Shown piece after piece: positions 19,647 to 29,022 of a stretch of 64,000 nt of DNA (positions are counted from its first letter, which is position 1; every line of letters starts with the position of its first letter). The stretch lies in contig JAILZY010000003.1 in NCBI GenBank assembly GCA_023512255.1, positions 29,400 to 93,399 of the forward strand, given 5' to 3'. This DNA comes from a bacterium (GTDB lineage: Bacteria > SZUA-182 > DTGQ01). Under the pieces are notes generated by a model. It was not told the DNA's origin and searched no databases. It saw nothing but the letters and a program-made list of their open reading frames with translations. The position numbers were made by a program, and so were the translations under genes.

Positions 19647-20768
19647 TCACCACCCTAGGGAAAGCTGGACCACGTGTCTTCGATCGGCTCTCTGCCCAGC
19701 ATAAGCGCCAACCTCCTCGGCATAATTGGCATAATCGAGCTTGAGTAACCAAAGATTCAACCCCACACCAGCAGTAGCATACCCCTGATATAGCCCAAGC
19801 CGCAAAGCCAATCGCTTCCCAAACCAGGATTCGGCCCCAAGGTGGACCCGACGGAAAAAATCGTCCTCATCTTCATTGACATTATGGGTAATGTCCACAA
19901 GATCGAGCCCGGCCTTCACCGAAATAATCCCCTGCTGGTAACTCAGCCCGGCGCCCAGATTAATCTGCTGCGGTATCTGTCCGGCATCACCAAGCTTAGT
20001 TCCACCGATATTTTGAATGACCAGGGCCAGGCTCGGTTTCAAAAAGCCAGAGAAGGTATAGATAGCCCCAAGGTCAAAACCAAGGCCTGAGCCCTCCCCC
20101 ATGTCATCTTCGATAATCTGGTCGAAATCGTCACTGGCTATCTGGGCAGCGGTGTAAGTCTCCTTAAGCTGCTGCCGCTTGACATACTTGGCGGCCACTC
20201 CTAGCCGCAAGGCATTATCTTGGAGAAAGCCAAAACCTGCCCCGCCGACTCCAGCCACATCAACCAGAACGTCAGCATCAACTTCCGGATACTGAGGGTT
20301 GTTGATCTCAGCACCGACCACTGCCTGCCCTAATACCCCAAACCCAAAATGCTGCTTGACAAAATGGGGAAAAAGGCAAGTCCTGACATGCTGATGCTCG
20401 CCCATATGCTTCCGCAGCAAAGCGGTAACCTCTCCTGTCTGGTCAAAATCCGTATCCTGAATGTCCTGATAAAGATCTTGGCCATTTTCTCCAATCTCAA
20501 TCAGCGGATTCAGCACAGCAAAGCTTGCACCCGGCACCATGTCAAGGCCAGCCGGGTTATAAAATAAGGCATTATGATCGTCGGCTAAAGCTGAAAACGC
20601 ACCGCCCATCCCAAGTGGCCGCACCCCTCGAAAGAGGCTTGGCATCTCCCGCGCCTGGACGAAGACCGCGGCGGCCACCATATACATCATCACCATCAAG
20701 GGAATCATCAAGGTAATCATCAATGATCTAACTTTCACCATACTGAAGCTGCAATCTGCTGTTTTCAT
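19647..20768 (-). CDS. Outer-membrane beta-barrel protein, FadL/PorV-like
   Basis: N-terminal signal peptide. LGMGGAFSALADDHNALFYNPAGL resembles the FadL N-terminal motif. It ends in the C-terminal aromatic ...LSLGW. An alternative start is at 20741. Confidence 0.5.
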   Translation of the reverse strand: MKTADCSFSMVKVRSLMITLMIPLMVMMYMVAAAVFVQAREMPSLFRGVRPLGMGGAFSALADDHNALFYNPAGLDMVPGASFAVLNPLIEIGENGQDLYQDIQDTDFDQTGEVTALLRKHMGEHQHVRTCLFPHFVKQHFGFGVLGQAVVGAEINNPQYPEVDADVLVDVAGVGGAGFGFLQDNALRLGVAAKYVKRQQLKETYTAAQIASDDFDQIIEDDMGEGSGLGFDLGAIYTFSGFLKPSLALVIQNIGGTKLGDAGQIPQQINLGAGLSYQQGIISVKAGLDLVDITHNVNEDEDDFFRRVHLGAESWFGKRLALRLGLYQGYATAGVGLNLWLLKLDYANYAEEVGAYAGQRADRRHVVQLSLGW

Positions 20769-20845
20769 AATATACTTATTCTCCTTGAATAGCTTCTCCG
20801 CAAGCTATCTTACGGGCATCTTCTAATAAAGTCCGTTTCTTTACT

Positions 20846-21715
20846 TTAATAGATATTAGGCCAAATGAGATGGTTGAGATAGTTTGAAAGATCAGTAGAA
20901 TCTACAAAATTATCCCCAGAAAAGCCTATATCTTTCAAAAACTTGCTAAACTCCCGATCTATATCATTCTTGTTGTTATCCCTAACCTCCTCTATGCCTA
21001 TTAAATTCCCTCCACTTAGGGCATTAACTCCATCCTGCACCATCCAAAGGTCATCGTTCAAACCAGGGGGGAGGCTGCTCAGCTCAATTTTATTAATCCC
21101 CTTGGCATCAAGAGCTTGTTTAATCCCATTAGTGGTCAGAGGAATAGGCATAAGGTTATATTCCCGGCCAATAGCCAAAGAAATACTTAAAATAGCATGT
21201 ATGGCCGCATAGATCCCTCTCTGGAGCCGCAAATCATCGCTGCCTGAATAGCTCCTTGCCCGCAAGCGGCTTTGGGTGTTCACACTGCCAGCACCAAGAA
21301 CAAGCAAAGCTTGGGCAACCAGAGAGACTTTATTGTTAAGATCATCTTCGGTTAGCTTTTCCCCAAAAATACCACCAATAATATCAAAGGCATCCACATC
21401 ATGGCCACCTTCATCATTCTTAGCAAACTCATCGAGCAGCTTGAGGGTATCAAATCCAGCCTTTCCAATGTAAGCTGAGGCGAGATAGCGGCGCTCTTGA
21501 TCGGAAAGATTGCTCCTGCCTCCCAAAGTGGCAATAACCGCATCGAAATTTCCCGAATTCAAATCCTGCCTGGCCTGCTCTATCCTAGCCTCCTGGCCGC
21601 TATCGTCAGCTATGCCCTCAAACAGGTTAGTGTCGCCGCACCCTTGCAAGAGAAGCAAGATAGCCAAGATAGATATAAAGAAACTGCCAAATGCTGCCAA
21701 AGGTTTCCTTTTCAT
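20846..21715 (-). CDS. Lipoprotein, hypothetical
   Basis: Lipobox LLLQGC after an N-terminal hydrophobic stretch. Confidence 0.6.
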   Translation of the reverse strand: MKRKPLAAFGSFFISILAILLLLQGCGDTNLFEGIADDSGQEARIEQARQDLNSGNFDAVIATLGGRSNLSDQERRYLASAYIGKAGFDTLKLLDEFAKNDEGGHDVDAFDIIGGIFGEKLTEDDLNNKVSLVAQALLVLGAGSVNTQSRLRARSYSGSDDLRLQRGIYAAIHAILSISLAIGREYNLMPIPLTTNGIKQALDAKGINKIELSSLPPGLNDDLWMVQDGVNALSGGNLIGIEEVRDNNKNDIDREFSKFLKDIGFSGDNFVDSTDLSNYLNHLIWPNIY

Positions 21716-22058
21716 AAACTACCTCCTGGATATATGTACGGGGATATATGTCGCGTACGGATATAATTGTTTAGTGTATGGATATAATTGTGTAGATGTT
21801 GTTTCTGAAATTTAAAAATTAGATTCCATCAGCAAACTGCGCTGCCCCTTTTCTTTTTTTCGACCTTTCACTTCACAAACATCGGGGGTATCTGAGCTAA
21901 GTTTTCCCTGTCCAGAGAATTTCGGCCTTTAACTGTCCAGCCGTTGAGGAAATAAACAAAAGTGCAGTGCAGCCCAAAATTTAACCTTGATTTTAACATA
22001 AAAAATGGAAGATAATCTAGGCAAATCTCATTATCTTAAAAATAATGGAGGCTTGACC

Positions 22059-22532
22059 ATGAAACTATATCTTATCCGACATGCCCAGCCAAAAAGCCAG
22101 GAGGAAGACCCCCGCAGACCTCTCTCCGAATCGGGGCGAGAGAGCATGAGGAGGATTTGCGAACATGTAGCCAGACTGAATCTAGCCATAGCCGAGATCT
22201 GGCACAGTAGCAAAGAGCGAGCCAGAGAAACGGCGCAGATTCTAGCTGAGACACTTGCTCTTGGCCCGCAGAGCTTAAAAGAGCACCCAGGGCTTGGCCC
22301 CAGCGATGAGGTCGGTCCGATCAAAGACTGGCTGGCAGATGAAAATGCTGACCTAGCTCTTGTTGGCCACCTTCCCTTTCTTGGCAAGCTAGCTTCACTC
22401 CTGCTGTGCAGTTCAGAAGAGGCCGACCTGATCAATTTCACTATGGGCAGCATAGTCTGCCTAAGCAGAGATGAACATAACAGGTGGGCTATTGACTGGA
22501 TGATAACTCCAGACATTATCCTAAAGAGATGA
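22059..22532 (+). CDS. sixA: Phosphohistidine phosphatase SixA (histidine phosphatase superfamily)
   Basis: LYLIRHAQ contains the RHG/RHA catalytic His motif. The start is chosen at the M after the ggagg RBS. Confidence 0.8.
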   Translation: MKLYLIRHAQPKSQEEDPRRPLSESGRESMRRICEHVARLNLAIAEIWHSSKERARETAQILAETLALGPQSLKEHPGLGPSDEVGPIKDWLADENADLALVGHLPFLGKLASLLLCSSEEADLINFTMGSIVCLSRDEHNRWAIDWMITPDIILKR

Positions 22533-22553
22533 TTCAGTAGGGATGGCGAGAGT

Positions 22554-22784
22554 ATGAATACCTTAACTCCGATCGGCAGGCTGCTAATCATCAGCGGAAT
22601 CATTCTGGTAATTATAGGCCTCTTGACTATATACGGCTCCAGAATCCCCTTTATTGGCCGACTGCCTGGCGACATCTATATCAAAAGGGACAATTTCACC
22701 TTTTACTTCCCACTAGCCAGCAGCATTGTGGTCAGCATTATTTTGACCCTGATTTTGTTCCTCATCAGTAAATTTACCAGGTAA
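22554..22784 (+). CDS. DUF2905 small membrane protein
   Basis: 76 aa with two TM segments and a GRLPGDIYI motif. Confidence 0.7.
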   Translation: MNTLTPIGRLLIISGIILVIIGLLTIYGSRIPFIGRLPGDIYIKRDNFTFYFPLASSIVVSIILTLILFLISKFTR

Positions 22785-22845
22785 AATTTCACTAGGCAGA
22801 CTGTCCTTCAAGGGAATCCCAAGGGAGGCCTCTCCCCTTAATTCC

Positions 22846-23736
22846 TCATCCGCCATCTGGATTAGCATAACAGTAGAGGCAGTTATGACGGCAGGGTTGA
22901 AGATGATAAGAGCCGATATCGCGGGAGAGTTTGCATCTGCACCCTTGAGCATGGCGCTGCCCGTAGTCAATTTGCAGGCAGAGGCGGCCGCCGAAGAGCT
23001 TTTGGAAAAAGTCATTTGGAATACATGAGCTTGGTCTGATCCGTGAATCTGAAGGGAGAAGGCTCACTAACTCCTCCTCGCAGCAGGTGTAAAGATCAAG
23101 GGAGAGTGCGGCCAGCTTTTTTTCCATCTCAAGAAGAATTTTAATTTGCTCCTCAATTCCCGGATAGATAAACTTAAATCCGGGACGACTGCGAATGCGC
23201 CTTCGAATCTTGCCGTAATCATCCATGAAGCTGGTTATGCATCGTCTAATTCCCAGGCGGCTAAGGGCTTGGGCTATGCGGTCAAAATCCTGAAGATTGT
23301 CGCACACCTTTTCCCCAGGCTCATGCTGATAAAAACAGATAGGGTCAAACCTCCAAGCGATAACCTGAGGGCCAAATTCCCGGCTCAAATCCTGGGCTTG
23401 CCTAAGTCTCTCATCAAGAGGTGGGATGGCTGGCTCAAGAAGCCGATCTTCAGAGTTTATAGTAAACTGAAAAAACAGGTTAAATCCTCGTCTGATCAGC
23501 TCCTGTCCATATCGGGCAGCTAAAAAAGGGCCAAAATTCTTTGACCAAAAGACAATGGTGTGAACCTTGTCAGCAGTGGCTGCTACAGTCATCATCTGCC
23601 CAGAGACCGGATTTGGCACCGTAAAACTTCCCCGTTCAATTCTCTCCATAAACCAATCCATGTAAAAAGCCGGAATATCAGTTCTCCTGGAAGCAGAAAT
23701 GACTATCTTTTCAATCTCATCTTTGAATCCCTTCAT
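22846..23736 (-). CDS. DUF1848-family protein
   Basis: Has an ASRRTDIPAFY N-terminal motif and a C-terminal Cys cluster CRHNCLYCYANP. The start was moved to MKGFKDEI, preceded by a caggag RBS, because the ORF-track start would translate a palindrome. Confidence 0.45.
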   Translation of the reverse strand: MKGFKDEIEKIVISASRRTDIPAFYMDWFMERIERGSFTVPNPVSGQMMTVAATADKVHTIVFWSKNFGPFLAARYGQELIRRGFNLFFQFTINSEDRLLEPAIPPLDERLRQAQDLSREFGPQVIAWRFDPICFYQHEPGEKVCDNLQDFDRIAQALSRLGIRRCITSFMDDYGKIRRRIRSRPGFKFIYPGIEEQIKILLEMEKKLAALSLDLYTCCEEELVSLLPSDSRIRPSSCIPNDFFQKLFGGRLCLQIDYGQRHAQGCRCKLSRDIGSYHLQPCRHNCLYCYANPDGG

Positions 23737-23751
23737 TAAATTAACTCCTGT

Positions 23752-23880
23752 TGGTTGGAAGGAACCCTTTTGAAAAAGGGTTCCTTCCAAACCATCCTCC
23801 TAAAACTTTAATAGCTAGGCTATTAAAGTTTTAGGAAAAGGGTGATAAGGGGAAAACCCTTTTTCAAAAGGGTTTTCCCC
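23752..23880. promoter_or_regulatory. Three consecutive perfect palindromes (17-bp stems) in the divergent intergenic region
   Basis: P1 23752-23788 is ttggaaggaaccctttt-tg-aaaagggttccttccaa. P2 23797-23833 is cctaaaactttaatagc-tag-gctattaaagttttagg. P3 23845-23880 is aaggggaaaaccctttt-tc-aaaagggttttcccctt. Confidence 0.7.
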
Positions 23881-23890
23881 TTATTTTACT
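23808..23890 (+). repeat. Family-3 repeat element copy B
   Basis: Aligns with 1457-1535. Confidence 0.6.
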
Positions 23891-23933
23891 CCTCGCGATT
23901 GACATTTGAAAGGCATTTTCATAGAATCGGCCC

Positions 23934-25694
23934 ATGAAAATCATGCTCATTACCCTTCCTTTTTTTAATCCTGCCGAGCCGCCCGGCCAGCTTGCCTTAC
24001 TCAAGTCGCTGTGGCAGCAGGAGCAGCCAGAATGTACGGTCATAGCCTTTGATGCCAATATTGATTTTCTAAACTATGTCCTGCGCGGCGACTATCTCAG
24101 GGAGCGGCTGGCTGCCTTCACCGCCACAAAGCCGTCTGCCCGCCAGCTAACACGGGCCAGGCGGGCCTGCTTGCAAATTGAGCGGGCTCAGGCCGCACTC
24201 GGCTCAGCCGAAGGATATCGCTCACTCGGTCGCTATCTTGCCTTTGTTAACTGCCTGAACGATGCCCTAAGGCTAGTGTTTGCTACGCATCCTGAGCTGG
24301 CAATCTCGTTGACTAACTTCCGGCTGCTTCCCTTTGCGGCAGTGGATCTAGCCAATAACCTGCGCTTTGCTAGCCAAAGCCCCTACCCTCCCTTTGATGA
24401 CTGGTGCGCCGGCCAACTTTTCCCCAAGATCGAGCAGCATCGGCCTGAGATCATAGCCTTCTCCCTGACCTATCTCTCCCAGCTCTTTCCCACGCTCTTG
24501 GTAGCGGCAAGGCTCAAAGCCCGCTTTCCCAAAATTGTGCGAATCATTGGCGGCGGACTGATCAACTGCTACCGTAGCCGGCCACGGCAGAGCCTGGCAC
24601 TGCTTGGCGCACTCTTTGACTGGATTATCTTTGGCCGGGCAAAAGAGCTCGGCTCTGCTATTCCCTGGTCTTGGCTCCTTAGACCGCAAAAAACCGCGGC
24701 CAAAATGAACCCTTTTCTTGAAACCTCAGACCTTATGCCCGATCTTCCTGCCCCTGACTATGGAGATTTTGATTTATCCAGCTATTTTTCTCCGCTTCCT
24801 ACTCTGCCCTATGCCACCAGTCTTGGTTGCTACTGGAGCCGGTGCGCCTTCTGCCCTGATGCGGGTCGAAGCCCCCATATCAGCGGCAGCAGGGAGCTTG
24901 CCCGCAACCTGAAAAAAACCCTGCTCAGCCACCCAGGAGCGCTTTTTCACTTCACTGATCCGGCTGTTCCGCCGACCAATATGGAAATTATCGCTGATGT
25001 TTTTGCCGGGCAAGGTGCGTCCTATTATTCCTTTGTCCGCTTTGAGAGCTGCTTTGAGGATGCTGCACTCGTCAGGCGACTTTCCTCCTCAGGATGCAGG
25101 ATGCTACAATTTGGCTTAGAAAGCGCCTCAGAGCGGCTGCTATCCTTGAGCCAAAAAGGGATCGATCTTAGACGAGCTGAGAGGATTCTGGCGCTTTCAG
25201 CTCAAGAAAAAATCCTAAACTATGTCTACCTTCTCTTTGGCCTGCCTTCGGAAACCGAACAGGACCGAAACCAAAGTCTCGAATTTATTATCAGAAATCA
25301 TCACACTGTTCATTTCATAAACCCCAGCCTGATGAATTTACCAATCGGAAGCCCTATGGAAAGAGAGCCAGAGCGGTTTTTCATTGACTGGACCTATGAA
25401 TTAGCCACTGAATTAGCCACGGCCAGCGGCAGCAGTGGTCTGGCCGATGAAGATGATGGGGAAGATCAGGGAGGAAAATCGCAGGCTGGCCCTAATCAGG
25501 AGGCTGAAAGAGCAGGCTCCCCCTTTAGCCTGTATAAGGGGTTTATCTCTCAAGGAGAAAATACCCGAGTATCGGCCCGGCGTTTTCTTGAGAAGGTGTT
25601 TTTCCCTCATCCCCTGGTGGCTTCAATCATGAGGCATGATCCGCCCTTCTTTCGGGCAGCTCATGCTCTTTTCTTTGGTCCCTTAAAGTGGTAA
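23934..25694 (+). CDS. B12-binding-domain radical SAM protein
   Basis: Has an N-terminal B12-binding-like domain, the Cys motif CYWSRCAFCPD and the radical-SAM elp3 signature LLFGLPSETEQD. 586 aa. Confidence 0.7.
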   Translation: MKIMLITLPFFNPAEPPGQLALLKSLWQQEQPECTVIAFDANIDFLNYVLRGDYLRERLAAFTATKPSARQLTRARRACLQIERAQAALGSAEGYRSLGRYLAFVNCLNDALRLVFATHPELAISLTNFRLLPFAAVDLANNLRFASQSPYPPFDDWCAGQLFPKIEQHRPEIIAFSLTYLSQLFPTLLVAARLKARFPKIVRIIGGGLINCYRSRPRQSLALLGALFDWIIFGRAKELGSAIPWSWLLRPQKTAAKMNPFLETSDLMPDLPAPDYGDFDLSSYFSPLPTLPYATSLGCYWSRCAFCPDAGRSPHISGSRELARNLKKTLLSHPGALFHFTDPAVPPTNMEIIADVFAGQGASYYSFVRFESCFEDAALVRRLSSSGCRMLQFGLESASERLLSLSQKGIDLRRAERILALSAQEKILNYVYLLFGLPSETEQDRNQSLEFIIRNHHTVHFINPSLMNLPIGSPMEREPERFFIDWTYELATELATASGSSGLADEDDGEDQGGKSQAGPNQEAERAGSPFSLYKGFISQGENTRVSARRFLEKVFFPHPLVASIMRHDPPFFRAAHALFFGPLKW

Positions 25695-25704
25695 AAAGGG
25701 GAGG

Positions 25705-27126
25705 CTAAGCGTATCCTGTTGCTCCTCCATACTGCTTCAGGAGTGCGTACAGTCGTGAGCGAGACAGGCCAGAGAGGCGGCAGGCGGCTTTGATATCGCC
25801 TCCTGAAAGCGCCATTAAATTGTTAAGATAGTGGCGCTCGGCTTCAGCCAGGGCTGCTGCCCGAAACTCTCCCAGAGTGGGGAATTCTTCTGATGAGAGG
25901 CTTATTGTACCCTTTGCTTGCTGCTCGCTGGGGTTAGCTCTCTGGCTGAGTGAGGCTCTGGCTACATAGACTCGAATATAGGTTGGCAGGTGTTTAGGGA
26001 ACAGAACCCGATCATGACCTGCTGCGGCTAGGGCTCGCTCTATCGTATTCACCAGTTCTCTGACGTTTCCAGGCCAGGGATAGAGAGCCAGGACATCGAA
26101 AAATTCTGGTGAGCATTCCTTTTTAGGCAGCTCATAGCGGCTGCAAAGTCTGTCAAGGTGATACCTGGCTAGCTCTTTTATATCCTCCCTTCGCTCTCTG
26201 AGAGCTGGAAGCTCAATGATGAACGAGCGAAGCCGAAACAAAAGGTCCTTCCGAAATTGCCCATCCTGGGCCATTCGATCAAGATCTCGGTTGGTGGCGG
26301 CCACAAGTCTGAAATCGGTCGGGATTTCCTCTCTGCTGCCCAGGGGACGAACAAGGCGTTCCTGGAGAACCCGCAGGAAAGTTTTCTGAATAGGTAGCGG
26401 GAGCTCACCCACCTCATCAAGGAAAAGGGTGCCTCCATCAGCCTGCTTGATCAACCCTTCCTTGGTGTGGTCTGCTCCAGTGAAGGCTCCCTTCACATAT
26501 CCAAACAGTACACTTTCCACCAGGGTTTCGGGAAGAGCGGTGCAATCGACAACCACAAAATTGTTCTGCGCCCGCCTGCTGTTTTCGTGGATGGCCCGGG
26601 CAAAGAGCTCCTTGCCAGTGCCGGTCTCACCAGTAATTAAAACACTGGCTTCACTGTTTGCTGCTTGGGCCAGAAGATCAAAACAGGCTCTCATGGCTGG
26701 GCTGTCCCCGATAATGCCTTCTCGTTTCAAAGCTACAGCCGGTTTTGCGGCTTTCTTCTCTTGCCGATACTGGAGAGCACGAACAAGTGGGACAGCCATC
26801 GCCTTGATCGAAGATGGCTTCTCAAGGTAATCCCAGGCACCATATTTAATGGCCAGCTCAGCGCCATCAGGGTCCCCAGCTCCAGTAATAATAATAACCT
26901 CAGGAGAGGAGGCGGTCGCCCGAAGTTTTGGCAGGATGTCCAGCCCGTTTCCATCCGGCATCTGAACATCGAGAAAGGCGACATCAAATGCTTCCGATAC
27001 AGCCTTTTTCAATCCATCCTCGAGAGTATGAGCACAGACAACCTCAACCTCTCCCCTTCGCTTTACCATACAGGAGAGCATCTTACACATACTCTGATCA
27101 TCATCAATAATCAGCACCTTAGCCAT
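25705..27126 (-). CDS. Sigma-54-dependent response regulator (NtrC/Fis family)
   Basis: Has a receiver domain, the AAA+ Walker A GETGTGKELFARAIH, the GAFTGA-like loop FTGADHT and a C-terminal Fis HTH. The start is chosen at MAKVLIIDDD. Confidence 0.85.
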   Translation of the reverse strand: MAKVLIIDDDQSMCKMLSCMVKRRGEVEVVCAHTLEDGLKKAVSEAFDVAFLDVQMPDGNGLDILPKLRATASSPEVIIITGAGDPDGAELAIKYGAWDYLEKPSSIKAMAVPLVRALQYRQEKKAAKPAVALKREGIIGDSPAMRACFDLLAQAANSEASVLITGETGTGKELFARAIHENSRRAQNNFVVVDCTALPETLVESVLFGYVKGAFTGADHTKEGLIKQADGGTLFLDEVGELPLPIQKTFLRVLQERLVRPLGSREEIPTDFRLVAATNRDLDRMAQDGQFRKDLLFRLRSFIIELPALRERREDIKELARYHLDRLCSRYELPKKECSPEFFDVLALYPWPGNVRELVNTIERALAAAGHDRVLFPKHLPTYIRVYVARASLSQRANPSEQQAKGTISLSSEEFPTLGEFRAAALAEAERHYLNNLMALSGGDIKAACRLSGLSRSRLYALLKQYGGATGYA

Positions 27127-27145
27127 AGCGACGCGGTTTCCTTTT

Positions 27146-28715
27146 TCATCCCCGTGCCGGTGCCGATAATACACTCCTGACCGTCTGAGCCATCTGCGGC
27201 AAATCAATCGGCTTGAAGAGTAGATCCTTGATCCCAAGGTCCTTGATCCTCTCCGGCGTGGCCTCCTCATGGAATCCGGTGCACAGGATGATCGGGATAT
27301 CAGGTCGCATGGTCATCAGCTCCCTGGCTAGGTCCGTGCCGCTTATGTCTGGCATTACCTGGTCAACAATCACCAGATCAAATCCCTGAGGCTGGGCCCG
27401 AAAGGCTTCCAAAGCCTCAAGACCACTCGTTTTCAAAAAAACCTTATAGCCAAGATAAGCCAGCATCTTTTGCTCAACATAAGCCACAGATTCCTCATCA
27501 TCAATTAAAAGAATGCTCTCCTCTTGCCCCCGTGGAAGAGAGGCCAACGGATTGACTTTTGGGAGCTCCCCAGGGCCTTTCCCGGCTGCCCTCTCAGGAC
27601 ATCGCTTGCTTCTTCTGTTGAGCATATCCTTAGCTTGACGAGTAGCCTTTAGAATCTCAAATAGGTGAGGCAAAGCTGGATTGTTCTTGGGTATTTCCTC
27701 TACTGCCAGCTCTGTATAGCCCATAATGAAGGCTAGGATATTATTAAGATCATGGATAAGAGTTTCAGACAGAGAAGGATAAGGCACCTTCTCTAATTCC
27801 CTGATTTGCTCTAAATCGAACTTCTCCTTGATATCTGAAATCATTCGTTTTCCCACACCATGTCTCCTTCCGTTGATCCGCTTGCGCCATTTCAATCCAC
27901 CAACCGATGATTTCCTTTGGTCTGCCATCGCTATCTCTCATCAATCCAAGCACATTGTGCACCAGGCGATAGGTGCCATCTCTATGTTGAAACCTGTAGC
28001 CAAGGGTATGGTATTCCTGCTCCATCAGGTGGGACATGACCTCAAAGACACGAGGGGCATCCTGGGGATGGAGATGATTAATCCAAAACTTGGGATCATC
28101 CAAAAATTCCTCTGGTTCAAAGCCGAAAAGGGTCTTTACCTTCTAGCTGACAAAGGTCAGAGAATAATCAGCCTGAGGCTGGCAGGCATAAATGACCACC
28201 TGTTGGGTAATTAGGGCAGGCGGCCATCGCCGACTCTCTGCCTCTTTATAATTCACTACTTGGCATTCATTGCTGATGTCAGTAAGAAAGGCATAGTAAT
28301 ACTGGATATGTCCTTCAAAGTCACAGACCGGATGAACGAGCATCTCTACCACTACTTTCGATCCGTCCTGACGGATATACTCTATCCCGTAAAGCTGTGG
28401 CTGCCCGCCGATAAGAGGTAGATATTCCCCTGCTTCAGCTTCTGTTTTCTGGGCCAGCAAAGGCATAAGATTCATGCTCCAGTCCATGCTTCGCAATTCC
28501 TCTTCGCCGAAGCCCAGTAGCTGGCAGCATGAGCGGTTAAAAGCGATGATTCGTCCATCAAGATAGCCTGCCCAAAAGGGCTGTGAGGTACGCCGACAGA
28601 TATCAGCCAAAAGGCGCAGCCGCTCCTGCTCTTCATTCTCAGACTCGACATACCCCATTCTTATCCACTCTTTTTCAGCCCGCGACGCGGCTATTTCACG
28701 GTTCATAAAATTCAC
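27146..28715 (-). pseudogene. Disrupted sensor gene: PAS-PAS-HisKA(H-box)-receiver, interrupted by one in-frame TAG and one frameshift
   Basis: Three ORFs are involved. ORFs 28143-28715 and 27765-28103 are in the same frame, separated only by an amber codon at 28143-28145. ORF 27146-27928 overlaps the second in a different frame. The HisKA H-box is LIHDLNNIL. No HATPase_c domain is present. Confidence 0.5.
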
Positions 28716-29022
28716 CTGCCTTAAAATTCATCAGCCTTAGATTTTTTGTTTTCCAAGTGACGAAAATACAAAAACATAATCAAAGAAGAGTGCATAAACC
28801 TGATGTTCATTGATGACTCATTATCATTATCGGCATAGCAGGCTGTTGAATTTGGGCTATCCGAAAGGGGGCGGACTCGGCGCGGCGATTTGTCATGCCT
28901 CCACAGGGGGACGTTCGCTTAGCACTCACGGCGGATTGGCCAGGAGATTGGCTTAAGTTCATGCCTAAAGGGGGTATTCGGTAGGACAGATTACTACTAC
29001 TAACCCCTGCGCTGGGTTAGGC

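Noticed and set aside
23737-23790. ORF-track N-terminal extension of DUF1848 (MEGTLFQKGSFQPTGVNL)
   Set aside because: These 18 codons are the translation of a perfect 37-bp palindrome. A downstream ATG with a caggag RBS gives a start matching the family N-terminus.
27127-27270. Arg-rich N-terminal extension (MRRPRRRGSRT...) of the sigma-54 regulator
   Set aside because: The receiver domain starts at MAKVLIIDDD. The extension overlaps the upstream gene and has no RBS logic.
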